The notes: a model not told the origin generated them from the letters alone. Positions 49,839-62,389 are shown, counted from the stretch's first letter. The stretch is DNA of 64,000 nt from Acholeplasmataceae bacterium (GCA_963675245.1 OY775910.1:544001-608000), one strand, 5' to 3'. Numbers and translations: made by a program.

Positions 49839-52800
49839 TTATTTTTCCTCGTTTTTGAAATATGCTATCGCATTTCTAAATATTTCTTGTGTTGAAACAT
49901 TAGGTATATTTTGATAAAGGTTTTTGGCATAACGTTCGGAATGTCCCATCTTGCCTAAAATTAATCCATCTTCTGAAATGATACCTTCAATCGCGTAACT
50001 TGAACCATTTGGGTTATATATTGGATCATATGTTGGTTGATTCGATTGATCAACATATTGAAAAGCTATTTGATGTTTCTCTTTTAATGCTCGATACATC
50101 TTTTCATTGATCACGAACTGCCCTTCACCATGACTGACGGGTAATATGTGTGTTTGATTTAAATCAAATCCATTAAGCCAAGGTGATTTAATAGATGATA
50201 CTTTGGTTTTAACCAATTTGGATACATGTCTGTTAATCGTGTTTTTAAATAAAATAGGATCGTCTTCTTTAAGTGCTTTAATTCTGCCATAGGGTAGAAG
50301 TCCTGATTTAACGAGTGCTTGGAACCCATTACAAATACCAATGATTAACTTTTTGTCATCAAGAAATTGATGAATGGCATGTTTTACTTTGTCATTCCTT
50401 AAAATAGTCGCGATAAATTTCCCGCTTCCATCTGGTTCGTCTCCACTACTAAATCCGCCACTAAACATAATGATGTGTGATTCATGAATTAATTTCACTA
50501 GTTCATTCGTTGACGCAATAATATCTTGTTCGCTTTGATTGTTAAATACAAATGTGTGTGTTTTAGCACCTACACGTTCAAATGATGATGCACTATCATA
50601 TTCACAGTTTGTTCCCGGAAAAACAGGTAATAAAACTTTTACTTTTTCTACTGGTTTACCGTAATGATATACATCTTTATCCATTATTTTATCTTCATCA
50701 GTCAAATGACGTTCGTCATGATGTTGTATCGGATAAATTGTTTTAAATGTATGACGATTCCAATCTAGGGCTTGTTCAATAGCTATTTCTACATTATTTA
50801 TTTTAATGGTGTTATCGTTCGTTGTTTTCCCTAAATAATTCGCGTTCGGTAAATCCAATAATTCAGAAGATTCAACAACGATTGATCCATAACTGTAGGC
50901 AAATATATTTTCACTTGTTTGAATATCAATACCGATATGATTACCAAACGTTGACTTGATGAGTCCTTCACTTAAACCACCATATTCTAAAGCAATCGCG
51001 CTACGTATTTTGTGTGCACGATTTAATGAGATGATTGATTCAAAATTATTTTTAAGTTCATCAACATTAATTTCATATTCATTATTTAAGTGATGTTTAA
51101 ATAAATAGAGATAGCTATCTTTATCCTTAAACTCTGGTGAAATCACGTGACCGACATCCATCGTCGAAACAGCAAATGAAATCAAAGTCGGAGGTACATG
51201 TAAATTCTGATAACTCCCACTCATTGAATCTTTTCCACCGATGGCTGCGAGTCCAAATGCTTTCAATGTTTTATAGGCACCTAATAAACTCGCCATCGGT
51301 TTAGACCACTTTGTTTCATCGCTCATCTTTTCAAAATACTCTTGAAAAGAAAAACGAATGTTTTTATAATCACCACCGGTTGCAACAATTTTAGACATTG
51401 ATTCTACAATAGCTAACATAGATCCATGGTAAGGACTCCAGGATGATATATAGGGATTAAAACCATAAGCGAGTATGCTCGCGGTTGTCGTATCTTGGTC
51501 AAGTGTTGGAATTAAGTGAATACTTGATTGTGCCTTAGTTAACTGGTATTTCCCGCCATAAGGCGCTAAAACAGTAGTCTTACCAATCGTTGAATCAAAC
51601 ATTTCAACCAAACCTTGCATGTCAGATATATTCAAATCCTTCAAATGTTTTTCTATATCAATGATAGATTCTTGATAGGATTCATTCTTGTGAAATAGTT
51701 TCTTTGCAATTGGCTTAAAATGTACATTCGTTGTTTGTCTAACACCCGATGTATCAATAAATTCACGGTCAATATCACAAATAATTTTATCTTGCCAGAC
51801 CATTTTTAAACGCGCTTCTTTTGTAACTTTAGCAACAACGACTGCTTCAATATTTTCATCGTGACATAACTTAATAAATAATGCACTATCCTCGCAACTG
51901 ACAACAACTGCCATCCGCTCTTGACTTTCAGAAATAGCTAATTCTGTACCATTAATACCTTTATACTTAACAGGCACTTTATCCAAGTCAATGAGTAACC
52001 CTGGTGCCAATTCACCTATCGCGACACTAACACCACCCGCACCAAAGTCATTAGATTTTTTAATTAACTTAGTAACTTCAGGATTTCTAAACAAACGTTG
52101 AATTTTACGTTCTTCTGGTGCATTTCCTTTTTGAACCTCTGAGTAAGATGTTCTGAGTGATTCTTTGTTGTGAGACTTAGATGAACCCGTGGCACCACCA
52201 ATACCATCTCTTCCTGTTCTACCACCTAACAAAATGATTTCATCTCCAGGTAATGGTGATAATCTTTTTACATGACTTTCTTTAGCAGCTGCTACAACTA
52301 CCCCAACTTCCATGCGCTTTGCCATATAACCTTTATGAAATATTTCTTTGACATAACTTGTAGCTAAACCAATTTGATTACCATAAGATGAATAACCGTG
52401 TGCGGCTTTTTTAGAAATCGTTCTTTGTGGTAATTTATTAACCATTGTTTCTTGAATTGGTGTTGTAATATCTGCAGCACCTGTAATTCTCATAGCTTGA
52501 TAAACATAACTTCTACCACTAAGCGGATCTCTTATAGCGCCACCGATACACGTGGATGCGCCACCAAATGGCTCTATTTCAGTTGGATGATTATGTGTTT
52601 CGTTTTTAAACATCAACAACCATTTTTCAGTACCTTTTGGCGTTTTAACATCTATTCTAATACTTGAAGCATTGATCTCTTCAGATATTTCTAAATCATC
52701 TAAATGGTGATTCTTTAATTCATATTTTGCATTAATGGTTGCTAAATCCATGAGTGTTTGTGGTTTATTTTCTCTATGTAAATATCTTCTTGTCTCTACA

Positions 52801-53537
52801 TAATCTAGATAAGCATTTTTAATACCTTGTGATAATTGATCTTCTGAAAACACAATATTTTTTAAATGTGTTTCAAATGTTGTGTGACGACAATGATCAG
52901 ACCAATATGTGTCCAATACACGAATTTCAGTTTCATATGGGTTTCTTTTTTCTTGATGTTTAAAATAGTCTTGTACAAAATAAAAATCCTCAATATTCAT
53001 TGCTAAAGATAATGACTGATATAGTTCACTCAAATCTTCTCGTTCGATAAATCCATCCATGACCCCCGTCATTTCTTGGTAATCGACATGGTGCATCTCA
53101 AATATTGAAAGATCTTTTTCTCGCGCTTCTATACGGTTGATTAAATATGTCTTAATAGATTGTAATAAATTATCATCAATTTCTTGATTGAAACATAGCG
53201 TTTCAAAGCTATATATGAGTGGCTTTTCATTTGGATTAATAAGCTGAATACTCTGGATGGCAGAATCAGCGCGTTGATCAAATTGCCCAGGTAAGAATTC
53301 AATGGACAATGTATTTTCAAATGAATTTAATTCAACAAATTTATCTTTATTGGGTTCACTAAAAACTGTGTATAAGGATCTTTCTAAAGTTTCTTTGCTG
53401 ATGTCAAAACAATCATATCCAATCAAATACCTGAGGTCGGGTATTTGAATATGAAAGTTCTCTTCTAATTCACGAAGAAGTTCTAATCGCTCAATATCAA
53501 AATGTTCTCTTCTCTCGATAAACAGTCTCTTTTTCAA
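49839..53537 (-). CDS. purL: FGAM synthase, single-chain large form with fused glutaminase
   Basis: [43 protein letters not shown] start. Confidence 0.97.
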   Translation of the reverse strand: MKKRLFIERREHFDIERLELLRELEENFHIQIPDLRYLIGYDCFDISKETLERSLYTVFSEPNKDKFVELNSFENTLSIEFLPGQFDQRADSAIQSIQLINPNEKPLIYSFETLCFNQEIDDNLLQSIKTYLINRIEAREKDLSIFEMHHVDYQEMTGVMDGFIEREDLSELYQSLSLAMNIEDFYFVQDYFKHQEKRNPYETEIRVLDTYWSDHCRHTTFETHLKNIVFSEDQLSQGIKNAYLDYVETRRYLHRENKPQTLMDLATINAKYELKNHHLDDLEISEEINASSIRIDVKTPKGTEKWLLMFKNETHNHPTEIEPFGGASTCIGGAIRDPLSGRSYVYQAMRITGAADITTPIQETMVNKLPQRTISKKAAHGYSSYGNQIGLATSYVKEIFHKGYMAKRMEVGVVVAAAKESHVKRLSPLPGDEIILLGGRTGRDGIGGATGSSKSHNKESLRTSYSEVQKGNAPEERKIQRLFRNPEVTKLIKKSNDFGAGGVSVAIGELAPGLLIDLDKVPVKYKGINGTELAISESQERMAVVVSCEDSALFIKLCHDENIEAVVVAKVTKEARLKMVWQDKIICDIDREFIDTSGVRQTTNVHFKPIAKKLFHKNESYQESIIDIEKHLKDLNISDMQGLVEMFDSTIGKTTVLAPYGGKYQLTKAQSSIHLIPTLDQDTTTASILAYGFNPYISSWSPYHGSMLAIVESMSKIVATGGDYKNIRFSFQEYFEKMSDETKWSKPMASLLGAYKTLKAFGLAAIGGKDSMSGSYQNLHVPPTLISFAVSTMDVGHVISPEFKDKDSYLYLFKHHLNNEYEINVDELKNNFESIISLNRAHKIRSAIALEYGGLSEGLIKSTFGNHIGIDIQTSENIFAYSYGSIVVESSELLDLPNANYLGKTTNDNTIKINNVEIAIEQALDWNRHTFKTIYPIQHHDERHLTDEDKIMDKDVYHYGKPVEKVKVLLPVFPGTNCEYDSASSFERVGAKTHTFVFNNQSEQDIIASTNELVKLIHESHIIMFSGGFSSGDEPDGSGKFIATILRNDKVKHAIHQFLDDKKLIIGICNGFQALVKSGLLPYGRIKALKEDDPILFKNTINRHVSKLVKTKVSSIKSPWLNGFDLNQTHILPVSHGEGQFVINEKMYRALKEKHQIAFQYVDQSNQPTYDPIYNPNGSSYAIEGIISEDGLILGKMGHSERYAKNLYQNIPNVSTQEIFRNAIAYFKNEEK

Positions 53538-54589
53538 AGTTCTTCTCCAGTTATTTCCGCTAGTATTTTTTTGTAGTTCTTTCCTACAATGGTAAGATGT
53601 CCCATCTTACGATCAGGTCTTGGTTCACGTTTGTTATACATATGGATATAGATGTTTGGCACATCTTTATATTGTTCAATCAGATGAAGATTTTTTCCTA
53701 AAATATTGACCATTGCACAAGTCTCTTTTAATTTAGGTTCAATGACATGTTGATTTGTGATGGCTAAAATGTGGTTATCGAATTGACTGACTTGACAACC
53801 TTCAATACTATAATGACCGCTATTATGTGGTCTCGGGGCAAACTCATTAAATAACACTTGACTACCAACAATAAAAAATTCAACTGCCAATGTTCCTACA
53901 TAAGAGAGACTATTTACAATTCTTTTCGCATAATCTTTCGCTTGATTTTGAATCTCTTCAGGAATAAGATCATCGATGATGGAAACAAATAAAATACCAT
54001 TTTTGTGTATATTTCTTGGTACTGGAAAATAAGCAATATGACCAAACTGATCTCTCGTTAAAATAATAGATATTTCATAATCAAAATGAATCATTTCTTC
54101 TTTGATATATTCTTTTTGATTCAGATCTTTCACATGTAATAAATCCTCTTTTGCACGAATAACAAACTGGCCATGCCCATCGTAGCCAAGTGTTGTTGTT
54201 TTAAGAATAAACGGATATTGATAAACTTGATCATGTCTAAATATCTCATATGCTGGTGTAGGTATATTTAACTCGCTTGCGAATTCTTTTTCAGTATGAC
54301 GATGTCTAGATATTTCTAATGCTTTCGTCTTTTGGGGTATTTTATCCACATAAGCATGTACCCAATCAAGACTGACGTTTTCAAACTCATATGTGAGTAC
54401 ATCACATGATTCATAAAGTCTTTGATATCCCACTTGTTTAGAAAACCCATGATGAAATAGTTTTTCACAATAAGGTTTGATAGGTGCTTGATCAGTTGTG
54501 TCTAACGCGTATACGATATGATGTCTTTTTATGGCACTTTCTGCCATCATCATTCCTAGTTGTCCACCACCTAATATGCCAATCTTCAT
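53534..54589 (-). CDS. purK: N5-CAIR synthetase
   Basis: GILGGGQLG, GYDGHGQ, NEFAPRPHNSGH, RKMGH. Confidence 0.97.
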   Translation of the reverse strand: MKIGILGGGQLGMMMAESAIKRHHIVYALDTTDQAPIKPYCEKLFHHGFSKQVGYQRLYESCDVLTYEFENVSLDWVHAYVDKIPQKTKALEISRHRHTEKEFASELNIPTPAYEIFRHDQVYQYPFILKTTTLGYDGHGQFVIRAKEDLLHVKDLNQKEYIKEEMIHFDYEISIILTRDQFGHIAYFPVPRNIHKNGILFVSIIDDLIPEEIQNQAKDYAKRIVNSLSYVGTLAVEFFIVGSQVLFNEFAPRPHNSGHYSIEGCQVSQFDNHILAITNQHVIEPKLKETCAMVNILGKNLHLIEQYKDVPNIYIHMYNKREPRPDRKMGHLTIVGKNYKKILAEITGEEL

Positions 54590-54590
54590 A

Positions 54591-55064
54591 CTATTTCAAC
54601 TCACTGTTATGTAAGACGTTTTGGGTTTGATTCGCCATAAATTTATCTAGTTTTTCTGCAATGTCAATATCCTTTATAGCAAGTATACGAACAGCAAATA
54701 AAGCAGCATTTTTTGCGCCATTAATCGCCATTGAAGCTACCGGAATACCAGGAGGCATCTGAGCGATTGATAATAAAGAATCTATACCATCTAATGATTT
54801 TGTTTTAATCGGAACACCAATAACAGGTAACGATGTCATTGAAGCTACCATACCGGGAAGATGTGCAGCACCACCAGCACCAGCAATGATGACTTCTATT
54901 TGTCGTTGTTTCGCTTCTTCTGCGTAATCATACAGAAGTTTGGGTGTACGATGTGCACTCACAACTTTCTTTTCATATGCAATACCAAATTCATCTAACA
55001 TATCACAAGCAGCTTTCATAACATCCCAATCACTTGTTGATCCCATAATGACTCCAACGCGCAT
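54591..55064 (-). CDS. purE: N5-CAIR mutase
   Basis: [24 protein letters not shown]. Confidence 0.98.
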   Translation of the reverse strand: MRVGVIMGSTSDWDVMKAACDMLDEFGIAYEKKVVSAHRTPKLLYDYAEEAKQRQIEVIIAGAGGAAHLPGMVASMTSLPVIGVPIKTKSLDGIDSLLSIAQMPPGIPVASMAINGAKNAALFAVRILAIKDIDIAEKLDKFMANQTQNVLHNSELK

Positions 55065-55095
55065 GATAATCTCCTTTTTTAACCCCTTTAAAAAT

Positions 55096-55136
55096 AAAAA
55101 AATGGGTTTCTTTGACGAACGCAAAGAAACCCATTT
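55096..55136 (-). terminator. Riboswitch expression-platform terminator
   Basis: aaatgggtttctttg..caaagaaacccattt with a U-run on -. Confidence 0.9.
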
Positions 55137-55151
55137 ATATGTGGGGTCTCT

Positions 55152-55220
55152 GAACGTAGTCCTAACATTTACGGTATTAGGGTAGAAACTTGCTCACCAT
55201 ATCAGAGCTATTATACGTCT
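55152..55220 (-). ncRNA. Purine (guanine-type) riboswitch aptamer
   Basis: - strand ACGUAUAA..GAUAUGG..GUUUCUACC..CCGUAAA..GACUACGU; C at the discriminator position; upstream of the pur operon. Confidence 0.93.
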
Positions 55221-55378
55221 ACGCATAAATCATAACATATAACATGTCATGTATCAATATGAAATCGTTATTACTGCTATATATTTTTTAATATATAGCG
55301 TTATATTTATGCTATGAATTTTTGTGATTAATTAACTTCTCGCTTTAATTTATTAACATTTAATCTCCGGATTTATTA

Positions 55379-55801
55379 CTAAGACTCACTTTCAATGATG
55401 TTTGATGAAAATGATAAAATATTTTCTATATCATTTTTATTGGGGTGTCTCATAAAAAGAAATAAAAATCCTCCTCGGCAGATAAATTCATCAATCACCT
55501 CTATGCCTTTGCTTGCTAATATGTGTCTAATCTCATCTTGTTTTTGTCGCTTTGATAGACAACTTGTTATAATCACAGCTTTCTTAATGCTATTTTGTTG
55601 AAGGTTCTTTACATAGGCTATGAGTTTAGGCGAACTTACACCACCATATATACCTCCAACAATAAAAAGTAGATCTACGTCCATGAGTTCTGGTTCATCA
55701 GCAATGTTATGAACCGGTATATTAAATTGCTGCCCTAATGCTTCAGCAATTTTTTTAGAGTGTTTTGTCACGGTTGCGTAAATGATTAATCTATTTTTCA
55801 T
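55379..55801 (-). CDS. Flavodoxin-like protein
   Basis: IIYATVTKHSKKIAEA, VGGIYGG, FICRG..RHPN. Confidence 0.8.
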   Translation of the reverse strand: MKNRLIIYATVTKHSKKIAEALGQQFNIPVHNIADEPELMDVDLLFIVGGIYGGVSSPKLIAYVKNLQQNSIKKAVIITSCLSKRQKQDEIRHILASKGIEVIDEFICRGGFLFLFMRHPNKNDIENILSFSSNIIESES

Positions 55802-55895
55802 TTTACCCTCCACCACTTATCGATACTTATCTTTGATTCTATTCTATCACTTCTACAAAATATAGTGTCCATCACTTTATGATAGACACTATATT

Positions 55896-56627
55896 TTATG
55901 TTTGATGAAATATGTTATCAGTACCCATAACAAACGCTTTTAATAAGAAATCATGATTCGGATCTTCGTTTTCTCTTAATCTGATAAATGCCATGACGGG
56001 AATCGCATCTACTATCTTTGACTTATCAAATCCTTTTTCAATCATCGTGTTCAAATATAGGTCTGCGTATGCTTCTGCAAATACTCTAAAAATAATATAT
56101 GTGCTAGCAATATCCATCACAGGATTACCTAATTTTGCATTTGTCCAATCAATAATGTATGGTTCATTATCGTGATACATAATGTTTTCCGGATGGTAAT
56201 CAAAATGGCATAGATGATATTTTTTTTCGATTTTATCAATTGACGCTAATGCCTTTTCTTTTAATGCATCATCTAGTTTTGTCTCTTTAATTTGAGTAAC
56301 AAACGTTTCAAATGCGTCAGCTAAATTTAGATCTTTATATTTAAATGTTTCTAGTTGTAAATCGATGAAATCTTGTAAACCCTGAATGTCGTTTTCTTTC
56401 ATGATTCTATCTGCTAAATTCAACCCCTCAAACAATGTCATACGAATCATGTCATCAATGATTTCATATTTAGCCACTCTTAAATCTGTATGTTCATAAA
56501 TTTCATTTTGGATATACACTTCAAATCTCATATTATCAACACTATAATTTGGACGATATTTTTTGTAAGCATATTTTCCATCTGAGTAAACGGTAGCTGA
56601 TATACCTTCTCCAATTTTAATCATCAT
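55896..56627 (-). CDS. APH/choline kinase family phosphotransferase
   Basis: IGEGISATVY, CHFDYHPENIM, IIDW. Confidence 0.88.
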   Translation of the reverse strand: MMIKIGEGISATVYSDGKYAYKKYRPNYSVDNMRFEVYIQNEIYEHTDLRVAKYEIIDDMIRMTLFEGLNLADRIMKENDIQGLQDFIDLQLETFKYKDLNLADAFETFVTQIKETKLDDALKEKALASIDKIEKKYHLCHFDYHPENIMYHDNEPYIIDWTNAKLGNPVMDIASTYIIFRVFAEAYADLYLNTMIEKGFDKSKIVDAIPVMAFIRLRENEDPNHDFLLKAFVMGTDNIFHQT

Positions 56628-56801
56628 CACACCTCGTTTCAAATCAAATTTATCATAGCACATTTCCATATATTAATGCCATGATATTGATATATGATTT
56701 AGCGTGTTTATCTCATGCTGACTCGTGATGAATAAAGCAATCATATGATATAATAAGACGAGTTATTTGATTATATATGTTTCATTGAAAGGAATTAATT
56801 T

Positions 56802-58031
56802 ATGATGTTTGAAGCCATTATAATTGGTGGTGGACCTGCAGGTTTGATGGCTGCTAATCAGTTTGAGTTATCACATGTTAATTATCTCTTATTAGAAAAA
56901 AACGAAAAATGTGGAAAAAAACTTCTTTTAACAGGTGGTAGACGTTGTAATGTCACAAATCGTCTATCAATTAAAGAATTTATTGACACTCTAACCTTTA
57001 AACATAAACGTTTCTTATATCCAGCATTACAGCGTTTTAGTGGTACCGATGTCCTTTCTTTTTTTAAAAACCATCATTTAGATTTTGTTTTAGAAAACAA
57101 CTTTAAATATTTCCCGAAAACTGAAAAAAGTTTAAGTGTTTTAGAAGCGTTAATGGCGGATATAGATGAGAAACATATTAGATACCAACAACACGTCAAA
57201 AACATATCTAAAGAGGAAAATGGCTATAAGATTGTTACTAAAGATCAAACGTATCTTGCCAAGCATGTGATCGTTGCTACAGGATCAAATAGTTTTCCAT
57301 CGACAGGTAGTAGTGGAGATGGCCTAGATTTTGCTAAACATCTAGGTATTCCTTATTCTGAATTTACACCAGCAGAAACACATATCTATTCAGATCAAAT
57401 AAAAAATGATTACCAAGAATTAAGAGGGATCTCTTTAAATCAAGTCATTGTTAAAATTAAAAACACAAACATATCATTTCAAGGCGATTTATTATTTACA
57501 CATTTTGGATTAAGTGGTCCTGTGATCATGCACCTATCGGAATTTATTGATCAAAATATTAGAGAACACGGTACATCCGTCATAGAATTCCCTTTAATCT
57601 CAATGTCTTATCAACAATTATATGATCAATTACAATCAGAAAATCATAGATTACTACATAAAGTATTGGAAACATATACAATAAAACGAATCGTTTCAGT
57701 GATATTAAAGACGCTCAATATCGCATCAAAAAAAATAGCAGAAATGAAAAAAAGCGATTTGATTAAAGTATGTGAAACATTCACTTCCTTTCACGTGCTT
57801 GTGAACAAAGTGGAGGACAAAGAAAAAGCTTATGTGAACAAAGGTGGTATCGACACAAAAGCTCTGGATCCTAAATCAATGGCATCAAAAACACATAAGG
57901 GTTTATACTTTATTGGTGAAGTAACAAATCTACATGGTCCCATTGGTGGGTATAATATCACGATAGCCTTATCAACTGGTTATTTAGCATCAAACCATAT
58001 TTTATCATTACTAAAGTATAACGACAATTAA
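56802..58031 (+). CDS. HI0933/BaiN family flavoprotein
   Basis: GGGPAGLMAA, GKKLLLTGGRRCNVTN, LLFTHFGLSGP, GGYNI. Confidence 0.93.
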   Translation: MMFEAIIIGGGPAGLMAANQFELSHVNYLLLEKNEKCGKKLLLTGGRRCNVTNRLSIKEFIDTLTFKHKRFLYPALQRFSGTDVLSFFKNHHLDFVLENNFKYFPKTEKSLSVLEALMADIDEKHIRYQQHVKNISKEENGYKIVTKDQTYLAKHVIVATGSNSFPSTGSSGDGLDFAKHLGIPYSEFTPAETHIYSDQIKNDYQELRGISLNQVIVKIKNTNISFQGDLLFTHFGLSGPVIMHLSEFIDQNIREHGTSVIEFPLISMSYQQLYDQLQSENHRLLHKVLETYTIKRIVSVILKTLNIASKKIAEMKKSDLIKVCETFTSFHVLVNKVEDKEKAYVNKGGIDTKALDPKSMASKTHKGLYFIGEVTNLHGPIGGYNITIALSTGYLASNHILSLLKYNDN

Positions 58032-58036
58032 CCCAT

Positions 58037-58069
58037 AAAAAAACCATCACTCATATGATGATGGTTTTT
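58037..58069. terminator. Bidirectional terminator
   Basis: aaaaaccatca..tgatggttttt between convergent genes. Confidence 0.8.
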
Positions 58070-58071
58070 AT

Positions 58072-59475
58072 TTATATATGGTGCCAGGCTTTCTCAAGTG
58101 CTTTTATGGATTGATTTATATCATCATTGTTGAGATGAGAATATCCCATTACCAACGTTTTATGTTTCATTTTTGTTTGTTTATTTAAGTAGTATTCGTT
58201 AATACCGTATAATTTAATACCTTCTATTTCAGCACTTTGAATTAACTGCTCAAGTGACATATCGGTATCGATATCCATTAAAAAATGTAACCCGCTATCT
58301 TTAGATTTAATAGTTAATTTTTCTGCGAAACTTGTTTTCATTAGGAGATCAATTAATTGATCTCTTTTAGTTTTGTAGATATTTTTCATTCTCGATAAAT
58401 GTTTTTCATATGATTTTTCTTTGATGAATCTTTCCAGAACCAACTGTGTCATCATTGGGACTGAACAATTAAGATAATAAAAATCTTTATTAAACCTATA
58501 CATTAAATGATCTGGTAAAACCATGAAACTTACACGCATTGAAGGAGCAATGCTTTTGGAGAATGAATTGAGATAAATGACTTTATCCTGATGATCCAGA
58601 CTTTTTAATGCGGGTATTGGTCTCCCTGAAAATCTAAATTCGCTGTCATAATCATCTTCGATAATGTATCTCTTGGAAGACTCATTTACCCAATTTAATA
58701 ATGACATTCTTCTAGATATAGGTGTAACAATACCGGAGGGAAACTGGTGGCTTGGCGTCACATGTACGATGTCAATATCGTGAATAGATGCGATATTGAT
58801 ACCCTTATCATCAATATGAAATGTTTTTGATATAGCACCATAATCTTTATATAAATGATAATTCTTCAAATATCCAGGTTCTTCTACACCATACACCTTC
58901 TCTCTACCAATCAATAACACTAATAAAGAAATTAAGTTTTCTGAACCTGATCCAATAACGATGGATTCTGGTTTCGCTACAATACCACGATAATCAAATA
59001 AGAGCTTAGCAATTTGCATACGCAATCCTTCATAACCTAAATGGGAGGTTTGATTCAATGTATTCTTGTAGTCATATTGCCAAATTTCTTTCTCAATTTT
59101 AGCTAGTTTATCATATGGAAAAGATACTTCATCAACAAGATTTGTTCGAAAATCGATGAGATGTTGTGTATGATGATTGCTTTTTTCAACCACAATCTGT
59201 TTTTGTGATACAACAGTTTGTGGTTTTAAAGATATATAAGGTAACACAAAATAACCAGATTTTATTTTTGATTTAATATACCCTTCAGCTATCAATTGAA
59301 GATACGCATTTTCAATTGTGATCACACTCACCTTTAAATGTTGTGCTAATTTTCTTTTTGAAGGTAGTTTTTCATCCGCTTTCAAATCACCTGAAACGAT
59401 GCTTTTCTTGATTTCAATGTATAACTGTTCATATAAAGGTGTATTTAAAGCTTTATCTAAAAAATAAGTTAACAT
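58072..59475 (-). CDS. pdxR: MocR/GabR family PLP-responsive regulator
   Basis: GntR wHTH (LPSKRKLA) plus AAT domain (TPSHQFPSG, EDDYDSEFR, SFSKS); divergent from pdxST. Confidence 0.88.
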   Translation of the reverse strand: MLTYFLDKALNTPLYEQLYIEIKKSIVSGDLKADEKLPSKRKLAQHLKVSVITIENAYLQLIAEGYIKSKIKSGYFVLPYISLKPQTVVSQKQIVVEKSNHHTQHLIDFRTNLVDEVSFPYDKLAKIEKEIWQYDYKNTLNQTSHLGYEGLRMQIAKLLFDYRGIVAKPESIVIGSGSENLISLLVLLIGREKVYGVEEPGYLKNYHLYKDYGAISKTFHIDDKGINIASIHDIDIVHVTPSHQFPSGIVTPISRRMSLLNWVNESSKRYIIEDDYDSEFRFSGRPIPALKSLDHQDKVIYLNSFSKSIAPSMRVSFMVLPDHLMYRFNKDFYYLNCSVPMMTQLVLERFIKEKSYEKHLSRMKNIYKTKRDQLIDLLMKTSFAEKLTIKSKDSGLHFLMDIDTDMSLEQLIQSAEIEGIKLYGINEYYLNKQTKMKHKTLVMGYSHLNNDDINQSIKALEKAWHHI

Positions 59476-59479
59476 GTTT

Positions 59480-59539
59480 CTGACCTTATCGTTTTCTTAA
59501 TTTCTGGTTATTTCAAACATACCAGTTCAACTGTATAAT
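59480..59539. promoter_or_regulatory. Probable PdxR operator and pdxST promoter
   Basis: CTGACC (59480), CTGGTT (59504), inverted TACCAG (59520), TATAAT (59534): the two-direct-plus-one-inverted layout known for MocR-family operators. Confidence 0.6.
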
Positions 59540-59583
59540 AAAGGATGAAATCAGTTTTGTCAACGATAAATTGGAGGTATATC

Positions 59584-60459
59584 ATGAAAACCGAACGTTA
59601 TGAGTTAAATAAGGCTTTAGCACAAATGCTAAAAGGTGGTGTCATTATGGATGTTACAACTGCCGAACAAGCGAAAATTGCTCAAGAAGCTGGTGCATGT
59701 GCTGTCATGGCTTTAGAAAGAATTCCTGCTGACATTAGAGCTGCAGGTGGTGTTTCAAGAATGAGCGACCCACGTCTGATTAAAGACATTCAAAAGGCAG
59801 TTACTATTCCTGTGATGGCGAAAGTTAGAATAGGTCATTTTGTTGAAGCACAAATTTTAGAAGCGCTTGAAATTGATTATATCGATGAATCGGAAGTATT
59901 ATCACCCGCAGATGATATTTTTCACATTAATAAACATGAATTTAAAGTACCCTTTGTATGTGGTGCGAAAAACTTAGGTGAAGCATTAAGACGTATCTCT
60001 GAAGGTGCTTCTATGATTAGAACAAAAGGCGAACCTGGTACGGGTGACGTCATTCAAGCGGTTAAGCATATACGTCTAATTCAATCAGAAATCAGACATG
60101 TTAAATCTTTGCGTGAAGACGAATTATTTAACCAAGCTAAAATATTAGAGGTACCTTATGACTTAATCAAATATGTTCATGAGCATGGTAAACTACCCGT
60201 TGTTAACTTCGCTGCAGGCGGCATAGCTACACCAGCGGATGCTGCACTGATGATGCAACTAGGTGCAGAGGGTGTATTTGTTGGCTCTGGTATTTTCAAA
60301 TCAGGGGACCCTGCTAAAAGAGCGGCCGCTATCGTTAAAGCTGTCACGAACTTTAAAGATCCTAAGGTGCTTGCTGAAGTGAGTGAAAATCTTGGTGAAG
60401 CGATGGTGGGTATTAATGAAGAAGAAATTGAACTATTAATGAGAGATCGTGGTATTTAA
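59584..60459 (+). CDS. pdxS: PLP synthase lyase subunit
   Basis: [38 protein letters not shown]. Confidence 0.98.
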   Translation: MKTERYELNKALAQMLKGGVIMDVTTAEQAKIAQEAGACAVMALERIPADIRAAGGVSRMSDPRLIKDIQKAVTIPVMAKVRIGHFVEAQILEALEIDYIDESEVLSPADDIFHINKHEFKVPFVCGAKNLGEALRRISEGASMIRTKGEPGTGDVIQAVKHIRLIQSEIRHVKSLREDELFNQAKILEVPYDLIKYVHEHGKLPVVNFAAGGIATPADAALMMQLGAEGVFVGSGIFKSGDPAKRAAAIVKAVTNFKDPKVLAEVSENLGEAMVGINEEEIELLMRDRGI

Positions 60460-61046
60460 TGATGAGAATCGGTGTCTTAGCATTACAAGGCGCATTCATA
60501 GAACATCAATCAATGCTAAGTGCTTTAGGTGTAGATGCTTTTGAAATCAGACAGAAAAAAGATTTAACAATAGAGATGGACGGGTTAATTCTACCTGGTG
60601 GAGAATCTACTGTGATGTATAAGTTATTAGTTGATCTTGATATGGTAGATGACATTAAGCATCTCATCGTTTCTGGACTACCTGTTTTTGGCACATGTGC
60701 TGGATTACTATTATTAGCGAATGTTGTACATAATTATAAATGCGCCTATATTCAAACCATGAATATCACTGCAATGAAAAATGGTTATGGTAGACAATTA
60801 GGCAGTTTTAGAGCGCGTGGTGTCTTCAATCATCAAAACGATGTTGAGTTCGTGTTTATAAGAGCACCTTATATTGAATCTGTTGGTGATAATGTTGAAG
60901 TACTTGCAGTTGTTGATGGAAAAATAGTTGCTGCTAGACAAAACAATCAATTGGTGACTGCTTTTCATCCTGAACTTACGAGCGATTTAACTATTCATAA
61001 ATATTTTATCAATATGTGCAAAGAAAAAAGCAACTCACTTTCATGA
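60459..61046 (+). CDS. pdxT: PLP synthase glutaminase subunit
   Basis: GVLALQGAFIEH, PGGEST, GTCAG, FHPEL. Confidence 0.98.
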   Translation: MMRIGVLALQGAFIEHQSMLSALGVDAFEIRQKKDLTIEMDGLILPGGESTVMYKLLVDLDMVDDIKHLIVSGLPVFGTCAGLLLLANVVHNYKCAYIQTMNITAMKNGYGRQLGSFRARGVFNHQNDVEFVFIRAPYIESVGDNVEVLAVVDGKIVAARQNNQLVTAFHPELTSDLTIHKYFINMCKEKSNSLS

Positions 61047-61154
61047 GTTGCTTTTTCTTTATTGTTCCTTCTTTTTAATCAATATATGTAGAATTTACTT
61101 TTAAGTTCAAACCATATGATATAATACGATTACAAAAGTAAAAGAGGGTATCCT

Positions 61155-62312
61155 ATGTTGAAAGACTTTAAGGAAAAATTTTCCGATGTATTTGTCAAAC
61201 TCGCTAGACCAATCATTTTCATGTTAATGAAAAGAGAAATTAGAGTAGAGGCCACCGGAATAAAAGTCACACCAAAACGGGATCCTTTTATTATGATCTC
61301 TAATCATTTCAATACATGGGATAGTTTTATCGTGATGAAAAACATCAATTATCCTATTCGATTCGTCGCTACAGAAATTGCTTTTTTAGACCCAGCTAAA
61401 AAATTTAGCATGGGTATTCTGGCCAGAGCGATTCCAAAGTGTGTGGGTAAACCTGATATCGTCGCAACCAGAAAGATTTTTAATTATTTAAAAAAAGGTT
61501 ACGCCATAGGTTTATTTCCAGAAGGTGATAACACCTTTTATGGTGAAACATTGGAAATTTTTGAAAACACAGGAAGATTACTAAAAAAAGCGAATGTTGA
61601 TATTATATTAGTTAAGCAACAAGGTGGTTATTTATCACAACCACGTTGGGCAGATTACTTTTCAAAAAAAGGGTTCACTAAAACAGAAACGACGTTATTA
61701 CTTACAAAAGAGAAACTCCAAACGTTAACTGTAGAACAAGTAACTGAAATTGTTAAAAAAGCGTTGTACAATAATGATTATGATTTCCAGAAACAAATGA
61801 TGATTCCTTACAAGAGAAAATCAAGAGCCGAGGGTATAGAACGATTGATTTATTATTGTAATAAGTGTGGAAGCATACTCACTGTACATGGTGAAGGCGA
61901 TGATATCGTTTGTGATAATTGTGGAACAATAGGTCACATTAATGCATATGAACTCATCGAAAATAACCCTTTTGACAACCTTGTTGATTACGCGAAGTTT
62001 CAATTTCAATATATGAATAAAATTGTAGAGTCTTCTTTCGATTTTGATGTTACATTCAACCGTGTTAATGTTAAGAAAAAGAAAAATATCAAATTAGGGA
62101 AATTCCGTTTGCATTACAAGAGTCAAACACTCACATTAAAAAACAATAGAGATACTTATGTGTTTGATATGAAAAAAATGACATCGCCAGTTAACACTAT
62201 GAGACATAGTTTCAGTTTTGATTACGAAGGTGAAACATATAATTTCACAGATATAAGACACCAATTCGTTTTATTTGAAATGTTGATGTATCTTAATGGT
62301 AATTATAAGTAA
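61155..62312 (+). CDS. Lysophospholipid acyltransferase (PlsC-like) with C-terminal Zn-ribbon region
   Basis: NHFNTWD (HX4D), FPEG, CNKC..CDNC. Confidence 0.85.
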   Translation: MLKDFKEKFSDVFVKLARPIIFMLMKREIRVEATGIKVTPKRDPFIMISNHFNTWDSFIVMKNINYPIRFVATEIAFLDPAKKFSMGILARAIPKCVGKPDIVATRKIFNYLKKGYAIGLFPEGDNTFYGETLEIFENTGRLLKKANVDIILVKQQGGYLSQPRWADYFSKKGFTKTETTLLLTKEKLQTLTVEQVTEIVKKALYNNDYDFQKQMMIPYKRKSRAEGIERLIYYCNKCGSILTVHGEGDDIVCDNCGTIGHINAYELIENNPFDNLVDYAKFQFQYMNKIVESSFDFDVTFNRVNVKKKKNIKLGKFRLHYKSQTLTLKNNRDTYVFDMKKMTSPVNTMRHSFSFDYEGETYNFTDIRHQFVLFEMLMYLNGNYK

Positions 62313-62389
62313 GCCTTAGAATGCATGATACTTTAGTTTTATATTTAAATTATATATAATATAAATACAAATAATCAGGAGGTTATTTT

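Noticed and set aside
55896..56627. Calling the phosphotransferase an aminoglycoside resistance gene
   Set aside because: APH-fold motifs are shared by many non-resistance kinases.
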